Shown in pieces: positions 62,601 to 64,000 of a stretch of DNA of 64,000 nucleotides; position 1 is the stretch's first letter, and each line of letters opens with the position of its first letter. Both the position numbers and the translations under genes were made by a program. The stretch is taken from contig OY970368.1 in the NCBI GenBank assembly GCA_963718615.1, forward strand, positions 4,960,001 through 5,024,000, written 5' to 3'. The notes under the pieces are model-generated. The model had not been told where the DNA came from. It ran no database searches and saw only the letters and a program-made list of their open reading frames with translations. This stretch comes from an uncultured cyanobacterium. GTDB taxonomy: Bacteria > Cyanobacteriota > Cyanobacteriia > PCC-9006 > JAAUQQ01.

Positions 62601-62767
62601 TTCTCGCGGAAGTTCTTTTCTAGGGAGGCGCGATCGGTGATGTCTTGGCGGTATTCGTATTTGAGTTTTTGGAGCGTGCCGATAAAGCCGTATTCGATGT
62701 CGTCCTCTCGGAGAACCGAGGGCGCGGCCTGGTGTGACGGGTAGTTGATCTCAGAGTCAGTGGGCAT
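59684..62767 (-). CDS. hsdR: Type I restriction endonuclease subunit R
   Basis: D....NG.P...IELK, HTTGSGKT, DECH, FTGTP, MLLTGFD, QAFSRTNR. Start placed at ATG 62767 (MPTDSE). Confidence 0.95.
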   Translation of the reverse strand: MPTDSEINYPSHQAAPSVLREDDIEYGFIGTLQKLKYEYRQDITDRASLEKNFREKFEALNRCRLTDSEFARLLDEIVSPDVFTAAKTLREINAFTRDDGTPLNYTLVNLKDWCKNTFEVVNQLRINTDNSHHRYDVLILINGVPAVQIELKTLGISPRRAMEQIVEYKNDAGNGYTKTLLCFLQLFIVSNRDRTYYFANNNTRHFAFNAEERFLPIYEFADEANQKITHLNDFADRFLQKCALGKTLSRYMVLIQSEQKLMIMRPYQVYAVQRIVQCIEDDAGNGYIWHTTGSGKTLTSFKASTLLKLNDHIHKCLFVVDRKDLDRQTREEFNKFQAGCVEENTNTAALVRRLLSEDYADKVIVTTIQKLGLALDENSKRNKQRRKSGQATYKDQLEALKDKRIVLIFDECHRSQFGENHKAIKAFFPKAQLFGFTGTPIFEANATLKQIEGTQASMRTTEDLFQKPLHAYTITHAIEDGNVLRFHVDYFKPKEEKGKKLPKPGEAIAKRAVIEAILAKHDAATAGRRFNAILATASINDAIEYYGLFKTMQAEKQAEKQADGTEFRPLNIACVFSPPAEGNQDVRQIQEDLPQEKADNEEDPEGKKAALKAILADYNSRYGSNHKLSEFDLYYQDVQKRIKDQQWPNADFPAAQKIDITIVVDMLLTGFDSKYLNTLYVDKNLKYHGLIQAFSRTNRVLNGTKPYGNILDFRQQQEAVDAAIALFSGEKTSEQAREIWLVDKAPIVIQKLEEAVQQLDSFMKSQGLTTAPEAVPNLKGDAARAAFCAQYKEVQRLKTQLDQYTDLTEDNKAAIEQVLPEERHRGFKGAYLETAQRLKAQQGKGKGADQPVPDNVDQLDFEFVLFASAVIDYDYIMGLIAKFSAPGSGKAKMSREALIGLIGADAKFMDEREDIAAYIATLKAGEGLSETAIREGYARFKAEKDGRELAAIAGKHGLAAAALQAFVDGILERMIFDGEQLGDLMAPLDLGWKARTQAELALMDDLVPLLTKRAAGRDISGLSAYES

Positions 62768-62772
62768 AGTGG

Positions 62773-62885
62773 TCAGTTGCGAAAAAGAGCCTTGAACGGG
62801 ATGCGGAATTGAGCGATCGCATCCCACAGTCGCTTTTCGAGCGAAGCGGTGTCGGCATTGTTTTCGGTGGGGGCGTCCAGTCCAT
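62773..62885 (-). pseudogene. Frameshifted 5' remnant of a second hsdM gene
   Basis: MDWT then, in the shifted frame, APTENNADTASLEKRLWDAIAQFR, resembling the HsdM N-terminal LEKRLWDAADQFR. Confidence 0.6.
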
Positions 62886-62913
62886 TAGTTCTCAGCTCGT
62901 TCTCTGTATATCG

Positions 62914-63000
62914 GTCTAACGGTTGCGGTCAGCGGTTGCCGATACTTTTGCATCCTACCCAAGCAGCTTTGGTCAATCCGCTGCACCGCAATTGTTATAC
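62914..63000 (-). other. attC: Integron attC-like recombination site (87 bp)
   Basis: Minus strand: R'' GTATAAC, left arm TTGCGGTGCAGCGGATTGACC, right arm GGCAACCGCTGACCGCAA, R' GTTAGAC. Extra bases on the left arm. Lies 24 nt after the upstream gene stop. Confidence 0.78.
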
Positions 63001-63024
63001 AGCGTATCTATTTGGTTCGTTATG

Positions 63025-64000
63025 CTACCTTTTTCTTTTAGATTGTTGAAAGAGTAAGCCAACTGGGGATGCTTTCATCGTTTTTGCCTCTTTTTGAATC
63101 TCCTGAAACTTATTAGGTAATTCCTTCAATTTAGGTACATCAAGCAATTGATCAGCAGCAAATGCTAATAGACCAAAGGTTGGTGCACCGCTAAGAGCCG
63201 CTGCAACCTCAATAGTTCCAATTGCAATCCAACTTCCCACATCAACACCCGCAAACTTCCAAGTTTTATTACGAAGCTTTGTCATATTTTGCTGGTGTTG
63301 CTCAAAAGCACCACGAATGTTATCAACCACCTGATCAGTAGTCTGAAAGAAATTGGTTGGCTCAGATGCTGCAATATCAGATACTCCTCTGCCCAAAATT
63401 TCTCGGAGTTCTTCAGTAGCACCCTGTTGTCTCATTTCAACTAAAGCTTCTGGTGGGATATTGCCAAGCCATTGCATCTCACCTCTAGCAGCAGACTGAA
63501 GCCCTCGCACAACGTGTAGAGGAGTTAAGTCAGTGTTTGATACACGATCTGCATCGTATTCAAGTTTCCAATTAAGATATCTCCAAGATGTTTCAGCATC
63601 TATGAGTGGGGTTCCCCTAAGTTCTAGGCTCCGCCTCAATAAATCGTTGGCTTGCGACATTCGACCAATGAAATTTGGAAGAATAATATCACCCGCACGT
63701 TGTGGATTAAAGACTCTACCTTCTCCTCGCATATACTCGCGAATTTGTTCATCTAGAGTTTGTGTAGCTTCGGTATCAAAAAGAAGAAGATCAGGATTGG
63801 CAAGTGCAGCAACAAGATCACTAGGTTGCTCAAACTGTTTTGCATAATCTTGTAGCTCGTCAATTGACTCAAAGTTTCTTCCAAACATTGTAGAAACGTG
63901 CTTCAAACAATCACCCTCTGCCATAGAGTGAATAAACTCTGAATAACCTTCCTCTAAATCAAGCTTGTCAGGAACGATCGCAATGATTGGTGTATCAACT
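63025..64000 (-). CDS. Hypothetical protein, probable cassette gene; 5' end outside the window
   Basis: The frame stays open to the window end (VDTPIIAIVPDKLDLEEGYSEFIHSM...). AT-rich, and followed directly by an attC-like site. Confidence 0.75.
   Translation of the reverse strand, partial: VDTPIIAIVPDKLDLEEGYSEFIHSMAEGDCLKHVSTMFGRNFESIDELQDYAKQFEQPSDLVAALANPDLLLFDTEATQTLDEQIREYMRGEGRVFNPQRAGDIILPNFIGRMSQANDLLRRSLELRGTPLIDAETSWRYLNWKLEYDADRVSNTDLTPLHVVRGLQSAARGEMQWLGNIPPEALVEMRQQGATEELREILGRGVSDIAASEPTNFFQTTDQVVDNIRGAFEQHQQNMTKLRNKTWKFAGVDVGSWIAIGTIEVAAALSGAPTFGLLAFAADQLLDVPKLKELPNKFQEIQKEAKTMKASPVGLLFQQSKRKR

Noticed and set aside
62768-62827. ORF-track extension of hsdR to a GTG at 62827
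   Set aside because: Runs through the hsdM remnant in a different frame; ATG 62767 is more plausible.

Overview
Cyanobacterial chromosomal segment: the HIP1 octamer GCGATCGC is abundant and cyanobacteria-specific genes such as ndhO, CRR6/DUF3531 and Ycf20 are present. Bases 1-52,000 are mostly housekeeping and signalling genes: prs, hslO, argG, tyrS, pyrF, cobA, an RluD-type synthase, lnt, PBP1A, a SNF2 helicase, two-component and adenylate-cyclase genes, a GH100 invertase and a GH9 glucanase. A BrnT/BrnA toxin-antitoxin pair and a probable Yfr2 sRNA also lie here. Bases 52,000-64,000 are accessory DNA: a Uma2 nuclease gene, a complete IS3-family element with a 3-bp target duplication, and a five-gene type I restriction-modification operon (hsdR-yhcG-hsdS-prrC-hsdM) that includes a PrrC-type anticodon nuclease. 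The most striking observation is that this operon is bracketed by two integron attC-like sites (54241-54329 and 62914-63000) in the same orientation. Their cross-matching R boxes suggest the whole ~8.7-kb defence operon is one giant integron gene cassette, preceded by another cassette gene of unknown function that runs off the window edge. No integron integrase, tRNA, rRNA or CRISPR array is visible. All family assignments come from motif recognition by eye, not from database searches.
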